Shown here piece by piece: positions 50,701 to 63,704 of a DNA stretch of 64,000 nt. The DNA lies in contig NIVC01000548.1 of assembly GCA_002269645.1 (NCBI GenBank), positions 1 through 64,000 of the forward strand. The letters are read 5' to 3'. Every line of letters begins with the position of its first letter. The first letter of the stretch is position 1. The position numbers were made by a program, and so were the translations under genes. The notes below the pieces were generated by a model. It did no database searches. It saw only the letters and a list, made by a program, of their open reading frames with translations, and was not told where the DNA came from. This DNA is from Macrostomum lignano. Its lineage: Eukaryota.

Positions 50701-51312
50701 TTATCCCTATTATATCCCTATTAAATATGTCAGTGGTTTGATATATTAAATATATCAAATATGAAGGAATGTCAGTGGGTACTAACTAAAGTAATCAACG
50801 TATTAGCAGTCTAGCGACTAATATTTATTATTACATGCAGTAGGAGTTTGCAGAACTTCTTTTTTAAGCAACGCTTTACTTCTTGTTACATTATTGATCA
50901 TAATTGTATAGCACATCTTTACTCATTAACTGAAAATGTATTTAGTAAATTAAAAACCTAACCATAATAATTGATAATATAACAGATTCTATTTCTGAGG
51001 CACAGCTGAAATCAAGAATATTACAGAATATAAAATCACGTCATGGAATGCTGAAAATTAAAAAAAACTTACATACAGTATTAGAGTCAGACAAGAATTT
51101 AGCACCTGCTAAAAGAAGAAATGAACAAGTAACGCACGTTCAGCAGAAATAGGAAACCACTCAAACAATCTTAGACGCTTCAGATCGTGCAGTATTTAAA
51201 TGATAAATAAAATGCAATAAATTTAACAGAAAGCAGGATCGTCAAAGCTAAAACAATCCAATTCCAGCTGAGGATTTGAATGGATCATAAAATTAACATA
51301 ACTGGGTGAAAA

Positions 51313-51537
51313 TCATCCTACAAAGACAACATAGAAAGCCATAACTACACAGGATAGTGCCACTAAAACATGCAATCGAATTCCAATCACAGCAGCCTTG
51401 TACAGCACACCCCAGAAACCAGTTTTCTCAGTGAAGCACCATTCTTTCAGCTTTGGCACCCGTTTCATATAGGCTGAAGTGCAGATAAACAAAATTATAG
51501 AAACTAGAAGGCCTTCAAAGCTGTAAATGTTGGTCAT
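51313..51537 (-). CDS. TMEM167B: Protein kish-B (TMEM167 family), 74 aa, single coding exon
   Basis: [45 protein letters not shown] matches remembered kish-B. A strong 3' splice site (cccttttttattccttcag) lies 56 nt upstream. Confidence 0.93.
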   Translation of the reverse strand: MTNIYSFEGLLVSIILFICTSAYMKRVPKLKEWCFTEKTGFWGVLYKAAVIGIRLHVLVALSCVVMAFYVVFVG

Positions 51538-51929
51538 GATCAGTGTTGCGCAGTACTTCTTGCTGGTCCTCAAAAAATTGTGCAGCTCTGTAGCTGAAGG
51601 AATAAAAAAGGGATGTTATTTTAGTATACAGTAATAATATTATGTTTCTATCCATCTATTTCCATCTTGTAGCACCTTTGGTACTTGGATTTTGATTTGG
51701 AATAGTATATATTGATATTATCAACAGTAACAATCTCCTATTGGACTTGGAAGTTTATTTCATTAAGAATAAAGTGACAAAATTTGTTATTGGTCATTAA
51801 AATTAAGATGCAAAATGCACTAAAGTAAGAACAGCAATATAGCAATAAATGAAAAACAAATTAAATATTATCAGAACTTGAAACAGGTGTTGTGGCCTGC
51901 GCCACAATGACCTTCTCCTCAACCTTTTT

Positions 51930-52420
51930 TTTGGTGCATGCGAACCGCCCGGTCTGCCGCGATAACCGGTTCTGTCTGGTTTGAGCTGGTTCAGCCCGGT
52001 TTTGGTTTTGGGCAGCCGGCGTGTGCGCGGATTGGCTGGCTGGGCCGGCAGACCCTCTCTTTTCTACCCCCCCCTCGTGGAGCCTTACCCAGCGCGTGTT
52101 TTGATTGGCTGGGCTGGGGTGCTCGCGGGGTTCTGTTTTGTGTGTATTTGCGCTCAGGCCGGTTTGGCCCACTCCCCCATTTTTTCTGCATACTATTTAT
52201 TAGCTGGCTTGGAGCCGGCCGGTGGCACACGCTTGGTTTTCGGTTAGGGCTACACCAGCTACTGAGTAGTGAAACTACTGTAAAAGTACAAAAACTGCAT
52301 GAGTCCAGTGAATTCTCGAACAGTGCATCACCAGCCAATCCGTGCCACCCACCGTCTTCGAGCTGCCAGTCCAGTTATCACGGCTAAATAAACTGCGCTA
52401 TATGAGTCGGTTCGACCCCG
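51930..52420. promoter_or_regulatory. GC/CpG-rich segment with several CCAAT boxes upstream of the minus-strand gene cluster; candidate promoter
   Basis: gattggct near 52030 and 52103 and agccaat near 52333; CpG-rich against AT-rich flanks. Could instead be transposon sequence. Confidence 0.35.
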
Positions 52421-52549
52421 CCCGGTGAGCTAAAATTACGTTGTTCGGGTTGCATTCGCGTTTTTTTGGGACTCTCTGCACATGTCTCCCCTCCATCCTT
52501 GCCGCCTCATCGCTTCACTTACTCACCTCCTTGCTCACCTGCACTCTTT

Positions 52550-52818
52550 GATAGGCTTGGAGTGTCTGTACGCCCCAGCTAATCCATCACCTTGTATCTC
52601 TTGATTGGTCCGGAGTGTCTGTACGCCCCGACCAATCCCTCGTCTCGCATCCCTTGATTGGTCAGGAGTGTCTGTACGCCCCGGCCAATCCTTCACATTC
52701 ACCTCGCTTTCTCATTCACCTCGGTGACTCCCGGGCCGGCTCTGAGTGGCTATCCGCTCCGCTGACCGCGGCAGTACCCCGAGCCTTCCGTGACCGAGGA
52801 GTGTCTGTGCGCCCCCGA
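52550..52818. repeat. Four copies of ggagtgtctgt(a/g)cgcccc (first three at 53-bp spacing), each enclosed by inverted arms
   Basis: Cores start at 52559, 52612, 52665 and 52798. Confidence 0.85.
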
Positions 52819-53099
52819 GTCACATCTCTCCCTCTTTCCCTCGGAGTGGACATCCGACTCGAGGAGCGCCGGTCGTTCGCCTTCTGTCCATCCCTCCGCC
52901 GCGCACCCGGGGCAGTCCCGCACCGAACCCGCTACCCGGGGAAAACAAACGACCGGGCTAGACGAGATTGCAGCCCGCGAGTACAACACAGGCTCAACAA
53001 GCACAATGCAGGAACCTAAGGATATACCTCTAGAACATGGGCAAATACTGATGCAATTTCTGTGAACATTCCTGAGACTGACATCTCACAAGAAATTAG

Positions 53100-54900
53100 G
53101 AATTTGGCTATGTTGTACCTGATTCCTGGTAATTCACTTTCTGCAATATTGAAGATCCTACTAATGTTTTTTATCATTGCCATTGTCCTCAAGCAGACTT
53201 CTTAAAACTCTATAGCAGACAACTTGCACTACAATGGTTGCTGGAAGTTTACTTACTTACTTTTACTGAGTACTTTGGATTGCAAGAGGGAATATTGGAC
53301 AGAATTCACTCATCATCTAAAAAGCTTCAGCGGCAAATTAGAATCAATGGTTTGCAAATTGGAATGAATTCTAAAAATGAATTTTGGCCAATTCAAGCTT
53401 CAACTGGATAGGATGCACTGGTTGTAGTAGGCTTGTATGGACTAGTAATGTATTGCATACTCGTCCATGAATACCTGAAGGATCTTATTAATGAGCTAGG
53501 CAGAATTGAAGATAAAGTTAATATCAAGTTTACTTGTGATGTAAACCCTACTCATGCATACATTAAGTGCATCAAAGGTCATGGTGGCTATTCTTCCTAT
53601 GAGCAGTGCACTGCATATGGCAGGTATGTTGGCCATGCAATTTTGGAAGATCTGGATACTCCATTGCATACTTGTACAAATGTCATTTAGACAAAAACTG
53701 AAGAGTGATGAAGAGCATCACACTGGCACAAGCCCTCTGACGGCTCTGAAAATTTATATGATAGCAGCTTTCCCACTACACTATATACATCTAGCATACC
53801 AAGGGGTTATGAAGCACATTCTGTTGTAGTGGATTGTAAGTGAATTGCCAAATTGACTATCATATGGACAAGTTCTGCAAGTTTCTAGGCATATTTTGAA
53901 TGTGCCAAAGTTTATTCTATCCAAGTTTGCTAGAGCTAAGTCTGCTAGGTGAATGCCATTGTTGGAAAGCAATTGAGTATTGAGCATTCCTGTTTTACTC
54001 TGGAAAAGTTATGTTATAACCTGTTCTTTCATCTAATAGTACAAGCATCTTTTATTGCTCAGCATTGCAATTTTCTATTTATGCTACCCAAAAAATGCAG
54101 TCAGCTGGTCAATTATTCAAAATAACTTATTGGGTTGTTCATGTCAAAATGCTTTAAAATTTTTGGTAGCAGCTTCATGAATCACAATGTGCATAGCCTA
54201 ATCCATCTTCCATACTATGTCAAGCAAAATGGACCATTTGACAGCTTGGACCATTAGCTGGTCAATTATTCAAAAAAACTTATTAGGTTGTTCATGTCAA
54301 AATGCTTTAAGATTTATCATTGCAGCTTCATGAACCACAATGTGCACAGCCTAATCCATCTTCCACACTATGTCAAGCAAAATGGACCATTTGACAGCTT
54401 TTTGGAATTTAAGTTCAAAAAACAACATGCAGTCAATCAAATCAAAGGTCAGAAACAGTCACTTACTTCACAAACAACTCTGCAACCAAATCCACAAAGA
54501 AAGAAATGCCCATTTGCATTGGTTAGCTAAGAGCAGCTAGAAGAGCATGAGTTTTATTGGCTAGCACTGGTCAAGTCCAATTCTTAACCTGCTACTTTCA
54601 AGCATTGAGTACTTGCAATGGCTCTCTTGCGCTGCAAGTGATTTATTCATTGAATGATTTATAATTTGCTATTATAAAATAGTTTTGCTGATTGACAGAC
54701 ACAAACCTAATTTGCCAGCAATTGAAGACCAAGGACTTATTTGTCCTTTTTAAGTATCCTTTTAAAATCCAAGAAGCTTGATATTGTCATTTTGTCAGAT
54801 TTAGATTTAGCTAACCTTTATATATTCTAGCTTACAAATATAATAAAGAAGTTCTATAGACTGCTTATCAACAACAAGGTTGTTCTTAGACCCATGTTTT
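53100..54900 (+). pseudogene. Decayed CMC/EnSpm(CACTA)-like DNA transposase
   Basis: Ordered degenerate motifs: QIRINGLQIGMNSKNEFWPI; TCDVNPTHAYIKCIKGHGGY; FPLHYIHLAYQGVMKHIL; HNVHSLIHLPHYVKQNGPFDSF. Many stops and frameshifts; internal 145-bp duplication (54103-54247 / 54256-54400). Confidence 0.75.
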
Positions 54901-56235
54901 TTGTAAAAAAAATGTTGTAGATACAATTTTGCATTGTTGAATTTGCAGACAAATCAGGTGAATAGGTTAGCTAGGCCTGACTCATAGGATACACCTAATG
55001 TTATTGGCCACTAATAACTATAACAATGGCCATTAAGTTAAGATCAAAGTATGCTGCACTTTTGCAGCCTAACTAGTCATAATGCTGACCATAATAGTAG
55101 CAAATGTCATTTAATAGCATCAGCAATGATAGTGCTCTAGCTGCCCTATCTTGGGTCTTCCTTGGTGCTAGCTTATGTTTAACCCCTTTATTAAGGCAAT
55201 TGGAATCACATTGCTTGATAGCTAGACAAACGGATAGTAATTGATAGTCACTATATTTTCATGCATTTCAATATGTTTCTTATACTAAAATGTGTGGTTT
55301 CTTATGTTATGCAACTTAAAAAAACAAAAACTTAGTTACATAAGGCCTATATAAAATGTCTCTAATATTTTTGTATTGCTATATTGTTTTATTCTTTATT
55401 TTAGATACAATTATTCTAGATTCCCCCTATAAAAAGACTTGCAGAGATGAGGTAAGTTAATGTATATATTTACAGTGACAAATTTAAGAGGTGCACAAAG
55501 TGCATATCGCCATTGAATTAGAATTTTTTTATTTTTTTATATGGAACATACGCATTGTTGTATATATATACATGTAGATAATATTCATATAGATGTACCT
55601 TAGTATCTATCCCTCCCTTGTTAAAAATTTTCTAGATCTATACCTGTATATCTACTATATTTATATTAATAATGAGTTGTTTTTATTTGTGAACTATTTA
55701 AGAAATGCAATCTATAAATACAATGCAAAGTTTTTACATTTTTCTTTAATATTTGTATATATACTATTCAGTCATATATTTATTTAAGTGATGATTATAT
55801 TATTGTTTTTTATTTATTGTTAAGGCCAGATAGGTAGGGATTAGGGTAATGAATATAACTGCTTGGAACTAATCTCTTATAATGTATAATAGTGATTTGT
55901 TTATTAGCAAGCAAATGTCAATATTTGATACAAAGAACAAGATAAATCTTAATAATATTTATGCTCTTATTACTATTATTAAGACTATCAAGATTAGCTT
56001 ATGATATAGTGTTATAGTAATAGTTGCTTATATTATGTATATTACTCGTTAAATGCGTTATGAAAATTATATATCCCTTTATTAGCAAAATATTTCTGTC
56101 TATTAGATCATTAAAAGTAGCCTAAATATCGTTTTTCTGTCTCAAATATGCTTATAGTGCCTCCTATTTTTAATGTTTTGTTATGAATTGTCCGCCATTT
56201 TTACTAAAGTTACTATAAATATGAGCAAATAAATC

Positions 56236-56880
56236 TGTAGAGAGCCCAGACTTCTGTGGCCGCCTCTAGTAACAGGCTTTGCCTTTCGGCCGAAATGAAC
56301 AGTTGTTCTAAAAATAGACCAGTTTATGAGTTATTCCTTTGAAGGTGCCCACCTTTCCCCTTCCCAAGAGGTCTTGTTCAGCTTTAAGCGTATAGCCTTT
56401 TCTCCCTCTTCCCCCAAAGAACGTACAGTTTCTTACTGAGTAATATTTCTAACCCTCCTTTTCCTTTATCAGTTGGACAGGCGTGAGGCCTCCCTTCCCC
56501 AGATCTCTGAGTAACCTGGCAATATGCTAACTCCTTATCCAGACACACTGTCTGCTTAGGCGTCCTGCCCTTAGCTAATTCCCTATTAAGGCATATCCTT
56601 CCCATGTCAGCATTCCCTATTAGCTGTTAAAATTCCCCCCTTTGTGCGCCCCGTTTCCCAGGCAACTCCAATCTATTGCGTAGCCCTCCCTCGGACTAGT
56701 TAAGTTTAATATAGACAGTGTCTTGCCGCTTGGACACTTCATGCCCCAGGAGCAACCCACAGCTTACTCCTGTTAGTAGTAAAATTTGTATCTGTCTTTG
56801 CTCCCCCAATTAAGTCCCTTGTGATAACTTGATAGAATAGGAGTCAGTAATCTCACCCCACAACAGATTTTGGTGTCAGT
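56236..56880 (+). mobile_element. Possible 5' LTR (TG..CA, ~630 bp) followed by a degenerate tRNA-Leu-type primer-binding site
   Basis: tgtagagagccc at 56236 to ..ccacaaca at 56865, then tggtgtcag at 56871. No partner LTR or internal ORF seen. Confidence 0.4.
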
Positions 56881-58812
56881 AATAGGAAAACTTCCCTCCC
56901 CCAAGACCCCTGTAACACTTACTAAAAGACTAAGAAGTACTACATTAGCTCTATCTTACTATTAATATTAATAAGATTATACTTTCTTGCAAGGCTCCTT
57001 TGCAAGACGATTAAACTATAAAAAACTACCAATCACTATTAATACAATGGTAGAAAACAGCTCCCCTGGGCTGTGTAATTGGATATAAGACTAGTTAGAC
57101 TAATTGGTTGCATAGAGCCCTTGTTTTGCTAGTGGGGTATCTAGGGATACAACATGGATAAGTATTATATCACTCCTACTATCAACTATTTTTTCCATTG
57201 CTATAAGAACCCAAGGTGGCAATTACAACAGATTATGTTTAATTTTGCATATTTTTTTACTTGCATTATAGGAAAAATAGATAATAAATAAAAAGTTGAC
57301 AAAAAAGTTACCAAAACAGTTGATAAAAAAAGTTGACAGAATAGTTAATAGAAAACTTAATGGAATATAGAATACTTAATGGAATATTAGACAGAAAAGT
57401 TGATAAATAAATTTATATATCTAACTTAATGAATAGAAAATTTTGTAGAAAAGTAAATAGAAAAGTTGATTGAAAGATAAATAGAAAAGTTTATAGCCAA
57501 ATTTATACTAATAAAATATAATATAGGCCCTACTATCTTTAATAGCCTAAGACTAAACTTAACCCTAAGGCAATAATATAATGAAAAATCTATCTATTTT
57601 AATTAGGTCCCCAATTGAAAATATATCAATAGCCATAGACCTATATAATTCTTATTAGGCCTACTAGATTGACTTAAGTCTATTTACACCTTTTTAAAGT
57701 TAGGGCCTACTAGTTTACTACTACTAAGCCCAATTATAACACAATTTTACTATGTAGTTATATATCTACATGTATAGGTTCACGATATTATGGCAGTTTA
57801 CATGTACAATATTGAGCATACTGTACGCTCAATTCAGCTATATAGTCAGATTGACATAGTTTGCTTTTGTATATAGGAAAGACTTTTCAGTAATTTTAGG
57901 TGTCCAAGGCTTTATTTTAAAGTTAAGACATGCATATAAATATATGTAACTGATATTAAGGACTCAGAGACAAGAAATCAACAGCGTGTAGCAAAAAATA
58001 TCTGAAGTATTATTGGGGCCTTTTTAATTTCAGTCCAGACACTTCAAGGGCAATTTTTGACAAATATAAACATCAACTAGGAGTGCTCGCAATGTCAATT
58101 AAATTAAAAGCAGGAATTTGAAAGTTAGTAGTAGGCCTAGTACGAGTAGTAAGTTGGCTCAGGCAAGAAGCCTGTTTGGCCAATATATTTCTATAGCAGG
58201 GGCATGCGTAAGCTTTAGATTGAAATTTAACCGACAACAAACAAATCTTTTAGCAGAGCAGTGAGTTTATTTTTCAACTTAGAATTGAGCAGGAAATATG
58301 CAAGCATGCTTTAAACACAATAAATGTCTGTAGTGTCAGCTACAATATTATATGTGTAACACATTGTTGTTGCAGAGATGGGCATAAAGGTATAGAAATT
58401 GTTTTCTGTTCAAAAAGATCTTTTTACAGTTCGGAAAATTCCTTTCAAACTTTAAAGCAGCAGAGTAGTAGGCCTAGTACTACTTAAAACTACAAACTTT
58501 TGTGTTTTTGAACAATAGTTTTTTGGCATTTTTTCTTTAATTTGACCATAATAATAAAAACTTTTAGATCAAAAGGAAGCTCTTAGATGCATAAAAGAAT
58601 GGCTAAAATACAGTCTGCATTGAATATCTTTGTTAAACAGATCACTCGTTTATTTAAATCGTCTGTCTAAATAATTGCCAGGAAATTTCACTTCATAATT
58701 TTACATTGTAATACTTACATGCTTCAAGTTATATTTATATTATAATGTTACTCTGGATGCTAAAATTCTCTCAAAACTATTAAGTGCTAACTGCAAAACG
58801 AAAAATATTTAC

Positions 58813-59121
58813 TTCTGCAAAGTGTAAATTCCAATCCCTTGTTTACTGGGATCCCAGACCTCTAATCCTAGATTCCTAGGATCTCGAACACTAACAAAAA
58901 GCTTGGATCTCAGGAAAGCATTAAATTGCTTTAAAAACATTAAACAACAATGTTTTTCCTGGCATTGCTCCTTGCTTCCACACTGCATTTTCAAAACTGT
59001 GATACAGTTAGGGGTCCCAATCCTGAGATCCAAGCTTTTTGTTAGTGTTCGAGATCCTAGGAATCTAGGATTAGGTCTGGGATCCCAGTAAACAAGGGAT
59101 TGGAATTTACACTTTGCAGAA
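58813..59121. repeat. 309-bp fold-back: ~102-bp near-perfect inverted arms around a 105-bp spacer
   Basis: 58813-58915 versus 59021-59121 differ mainly by a 2-bp indel; no clear target duplication. Confidence 0.92.
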
Positions 59122-59739
59122 AGCATAGTACAATTCTTGATTTATATTGGGTAACCACACTGCTAACTTTAATAGAGACTGGTACTGACTTGCCTAAGAA
59201 ATTGATTAGGCCTATGTCATATAACTGCTCTGTGACTTTAGTTTTACTCAATTGACTTGGTGTGAGTATTAAATTATAATTGTAAGTGCTACAAATTAAT
59301 TTATAAGTTTAATAAGAGCTAACCTAGATATAAACACACTGGACTGCTAATGCAGTGACCTATCCTAAGTTCAAATCTTAGTAAGTAGTATAAAAAAATA
59401 GCATAATTTTTTATTGAAAGATTTTATTAAAGGACTAATTAAGAAGACCTGGATTATGGCGCTTGATACACCAAGGATTATTGCACTTGATAAGCCAAGG
59501 ATTGTTGCACTAGATTAGAAAAGGCTTTTGCACTAGCTGAGGCATTGATTTTTAGACTTGATTAGCAAAGGATTATTGCACTAGATGAGAAAATGATTAT
59601 TTAACTAGCTGAGAAACTAATTTTTGCACTGTCTAAAAAGAGATTGTTGTGTTAGCTAAGACATAGATTGTTACACAAACTGAGAAAGCAATTATCGCAT
59701 TAGTGGAGGTAACATTTGCACTAGCTATTTGCTATCTGG

Positions 59740-60060
59740 TGGATGCTTGCTTTCTGGGGGATGCTTGCTCTCAATGGGGTACTTGCTATTTGAGAGAGGG
59801 GGTACTGGCTAACATGTATGGGATTCTTTCTATCTAAGGATGCTTGTTATTTAGGGATTCTTATTACCTACAGGATGTTTGCTACTTGGGTGGATGCTTC
59901 TATCTGGAGGATGCTTGCTATCTAGGATGATGCTTGCTATCTGGGTAGATGCTTGCTACAAGTATTAAGGGATGCTTGCTATCTGGGTAGATGCTTGCTA
60001 CAAGTATTAAGGGATGCTTGCTATCTGCATTTGCTTACTTTTGGAGGGGGGTGCTTGCTG
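59740..60060. repeat. Degenerate gatgcttgctatct repeats, including one 42-bp exact duplication
   Basis: Direct inspection. Confidence 0.7.
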
Positions 60061-60099
60061 TCTTAGGAATATTTTCTATTTGGGGAGAATGTCTATTAC

Positions 60100-60900
60100 T
60101 TTGAGTGTGTCATAAGTAATGTCACTGATGTGAAAGTAGACAAACTTGCAATCGCAAATGAAGAAAACTGTACCACTCAACAACATAGAATCCCCCAATA
60201 TCAATCACCCTCTGGCAGTGCTCATACAACTTGTCCACCTCACCTTAGCCTATAGGTGTTTTTCCTCCAACTGCCATAACCAGTGCAACGCAGCCTGTTT
60301 GACCCCTTCATAGGTTGCAAAACTCTTTTTGGAAAAGTCAGCCTTCAGCCATTTGAACAGGAATCTCTTGCTGACAGAGTCCAAGCTATAGGGACTCTGT
60401 CAGAGCATATTCACTTGCTATGCAGGCAGAAAATTCGAAACAGCCTTTAGGTATGCAGCCGTGCAGTGTCCATCTGCCACAAAACCTTGTCTAGATGAAT
60501 TGGATTTGACCAGAGAGTGTGCCAGAGGTCTCTAGTGTGCCAGACAAAGTCAATAAAATACTGGCCATTGACCTTGGTGTTCAGTGGAGTTGTGCAGATG
60601 GAGACTCGTTCATTTGGTGTAAAGGTTACGAGCAGCATGGTCTTCTTGTCCAAGATGGACTTTCTGGTCACAGTTGCCTTGGAGTCCCCAGCTCCTAGCC
60701 AGCAGCAATTGTCTGCTTTGCTGCCCTTGCTATCCAGGTAAAGCCAGTTTTCATCCTCAGCAACCAGGCAGTTTAGGATGTCATTCAAGCCCTGCCTGCT
60801 GAACACCTTGCAGATCTGCTTGGTGCAGGCATCTTGTTGAGATTCATGGTGATTTTTGTTCACTGCATAGATGATTTTTTATTGTGTTGCACTTGCTAAA
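60100..60900 (-). pseudogene. Decayed Tc1/mariner-family transposase
   Basis: LVAEDENW (first Asp), WQMDTARLHT (second Asp), SPYSLDS..RFLFKWLK, then a C-terminal KLYEHCQRVID segment. Confidence 0.75.
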
Positions 60901-62802
60901 TCTGCTTGGCGTATTCTTGCAATATCTTGGGCCATAAACAACCTATGCATATCTCAAATGCACTGGTATTGTTTCACTAAGTTTACTTTGCAGCTACACT
61001 ACCCACATGTCTATGTGCCTACATATTTTAGACAGAAGCCTGCAGTGACATTACTTACCACACACCCAAAGTATCTTTGTGAAAGCTATATTTTGTTGTC
61101 TATTTATTTTTACTTTTAGGAAAAAGAGATTCATAGCAAATATCATTGTCTGTGACTATTTTAAATAAAGTGATTTTTAAAAGTTAGTCGTGGCTAATTA
61201 GTGAGATATTGATAGAGGAAAGCAGCAAAGCTTACCTCTATCACAACTTTAGTGGCAGCCGTGGGATTTTGTATCGTACAGGAACATCACTATCACACTT
61301 GCTTAGGCCTATTAGTTGCCCTTAAGGGGGGGCACACTAGATTGCTAGTAATAAGCTGAAATCTTTTGGGGCATAACTATTGGACCATGACATAATCTAT
61401 AAGATTTTACTATAAGTGCATTTGGGGCATTAGTTTTAAATTTTGACAAAATTTTAATAGGCAATAGCAGAAATCTCTTAGTTTATTGCATTAAATTATT
61501 TCTCAGTTTTTTTTCACATACAAAGTTGGAACTGTGGAGTAGACAGAATATAAATGGCAAGTATTATATTCTAAATATTATAAATATTAGGGGCTATGCA
61601 ACATTTTAGCAGAGTAATATTTTGGCAAATCACAGAAGTAATATTTTGGCAAAGTATTGTTATATTTTAGTGAATTAAAAATAGTATACTATGTAGGCTA
61701 TAGTCTATAGAAGATAAAGATTGTTCAATTACAATATTTTTATTAGGGCCTATTATTAGAATTTTAATAAATTTATTAAATTGCTTTTAATTGCTGTTTT
61801 AATGCTTAATGCTTTTAAATGAATTGAAGATCTGCAGCAGATGAAGGAAACAATGTGGATTCAAACAAATACATTATGCTAAATTTTCTAGCTTGGATAT
61901 AAGTAGATTAAGTGCCAACCTAGCGCAACAACTGCAATACTAGTGTATAGCCATCTAACAAATAAAGTTAGATTAGTTAATAATATTAATGATATTGAGC
62001 CACCTAGTAGGTCGAGCTAAAAAAGTTTCTGAAGACTTTTCCTAGAAATAAGTTGTGTTATAGGCTCAATATCTTTTAAACACATCTAAACCTATGGTCT
62101 GGGTTTTTTAAGTTGGAAATCCAGTTGCCAATTAGCCCTTGGGGCTCAAAATTTAGTTGCTAATGGCCTATTTTTGGTTGCTCATTGGCAACTAGCCAAA
62201 TTCTTAAGGATGGATATTTTTAAGGCTATATTTAAAAAGCAGAAATTAGTTCTTTTTAACTCTAAGACTGTTATCTATATTGCAAACAATAACAAACTAA
62301 CAATTCCATCCTATCAATTTATATGGCACTTTTATTACACTTACAAAATCATTTTTTTGAAATTGGCAACTGGCACAGGGAAAATGAAGTTGCCAGATTA
62401 GCCTTTGATGCTGAAAATCCAGTTGCCAATGTTATTTTCAAGGCGCTAAAAAAACTGTATGGCCCAAAAAACCTAGCCTGTGGTTCTTGTAGGTTGATAC
62501 CAATGTCTATAAGCTTGGAATTGGTGGTTGGCCTTATATCAGCTTTAGAAATGATTGTGGTTGGTGCTCTAGGCCTTCTAGCCATTGCAGAGTTGGCAAA
62601 TTGGCTGTAAAGTTTAAGAAAACTGAAAAATTATTTAATATAGTAAACTAAAAGATTGCCAGCAATGGCTATTGTTATATTAAGTATATAACATGTTTAA
62701 TTAATCTTATATACTATACAATAATAGATGAAAAAAACTAATTATCTATAATAGAGCCAAAAAATTTCAAATTCAATATTTTATTTTTTATGCCATGAAA
62801 TA

Positions 62803-63530
62803 TAAGTAGGCAATCAAAAAGTTCTTGGACTTTGGTTCATAAAACCAAAAGGGTAAGTTTACTCAGTATTAATGCAATAATCCTAGCACTTTGATAACTT
62901 TTTGATCCTAGTGGCAAACCACTCTTTAGGTTGACTTCTGAACCACTTCTCAAGGTTACAACTGAGCTCCTTTTTACTGCTATAACACCAACTATGGAGA
63001 GCATCTTTTATCGGACTAAAGAGGCAATAATCACTAGATGCCAGATCAGGCCTATATAGTAGATATGGCAGAATTCTCCAGTTTTTTTATGTATTTCTGC
63101 CAATTTGGCTCAGGATATGTGCAGCTATGCATTGTCCAGCTAGCAAGAAAATGCTAGCATGCAGCTTCCCAGGTTAGCATTTGACTAGCTGCAACTGCAA
63201 ACTAGCCAGGGATGCAATATAGCATTCGGAGTTAATGGTCTAGTGCTTTTCTAGGTAGTCAATATATATGAGTCTTTCATAGTCCTAGAAAACTATTACC
63301 ATTGTTTTGGTAATAGCTGGTATTACATTGGCCTTGGTTGGGAAAGGCTCTCCAGGGGCCATCCAAACTTTGGGCTGCTACTTGGTTTCAGGGTTGTAGT
63401 GCAACAACTAGGTTTTGTTAGCAGTAATGATTTGATGCCAAAAGTTTTCACCCTGCTTCTTCAGCTTCTCTTGCTAGAGAAGAGCATGACATTGCCTCAG
63501 TCGCTTATCTTATTGATTGTAAAAATAAGA
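62803..63530 (-). pseudogene. Decayed mariner with recognisable 3' TIR
   Basis: QGENFWHQIITANKT*LLHYNPETK*Q..; WRILPYLLYRPDLASSDYCLFSP; WFRSQPKEWFAT. TIR remnant tataagtaggcaatcaaaaagttc at 62801-62824 aligns with the intact TIR at 17630. Confidence 0.8.
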
Positions 63531-63704
63531 CATTCTTACCAAGATAATGATTCTCTTGCAAGATTGCTTTACCCTTGTAGAAAACAGCTATGTCTAAAGC
63601 AGCTAGGCTATCTCACAAGGATCCCATTAGTGAAGCAGTAAATTCCGTAGCTTTTCTGGTTAATGTCCATATCTAGTGGATGGCTCTATTGTGGCAGAAA
63701 GATA

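Noticed and set aside
52345-52430. tRNA-like ggttcgacccc T-loop with a possible acceptor pairing
   Set aside because: No A-box, D-arm or anticodon arm; the T-stem has a mismatch.
55400-55455. Apparent small plus-strand exon (ttttag..gag|gtaagt)
   Set aside because: No partner exons or coding signal in decayed repeat-rich DNA.
61314-61340. ttaagggggg as a Kolobok/piggyBac-like terminus
   Set aside because: No matching opposite end found.
62100-62620. Scattered agttgcc/ggcaact motifs in both orientations
   Set aside because: Probably subterminal repeats of a decayed element, but no termini could be defined.
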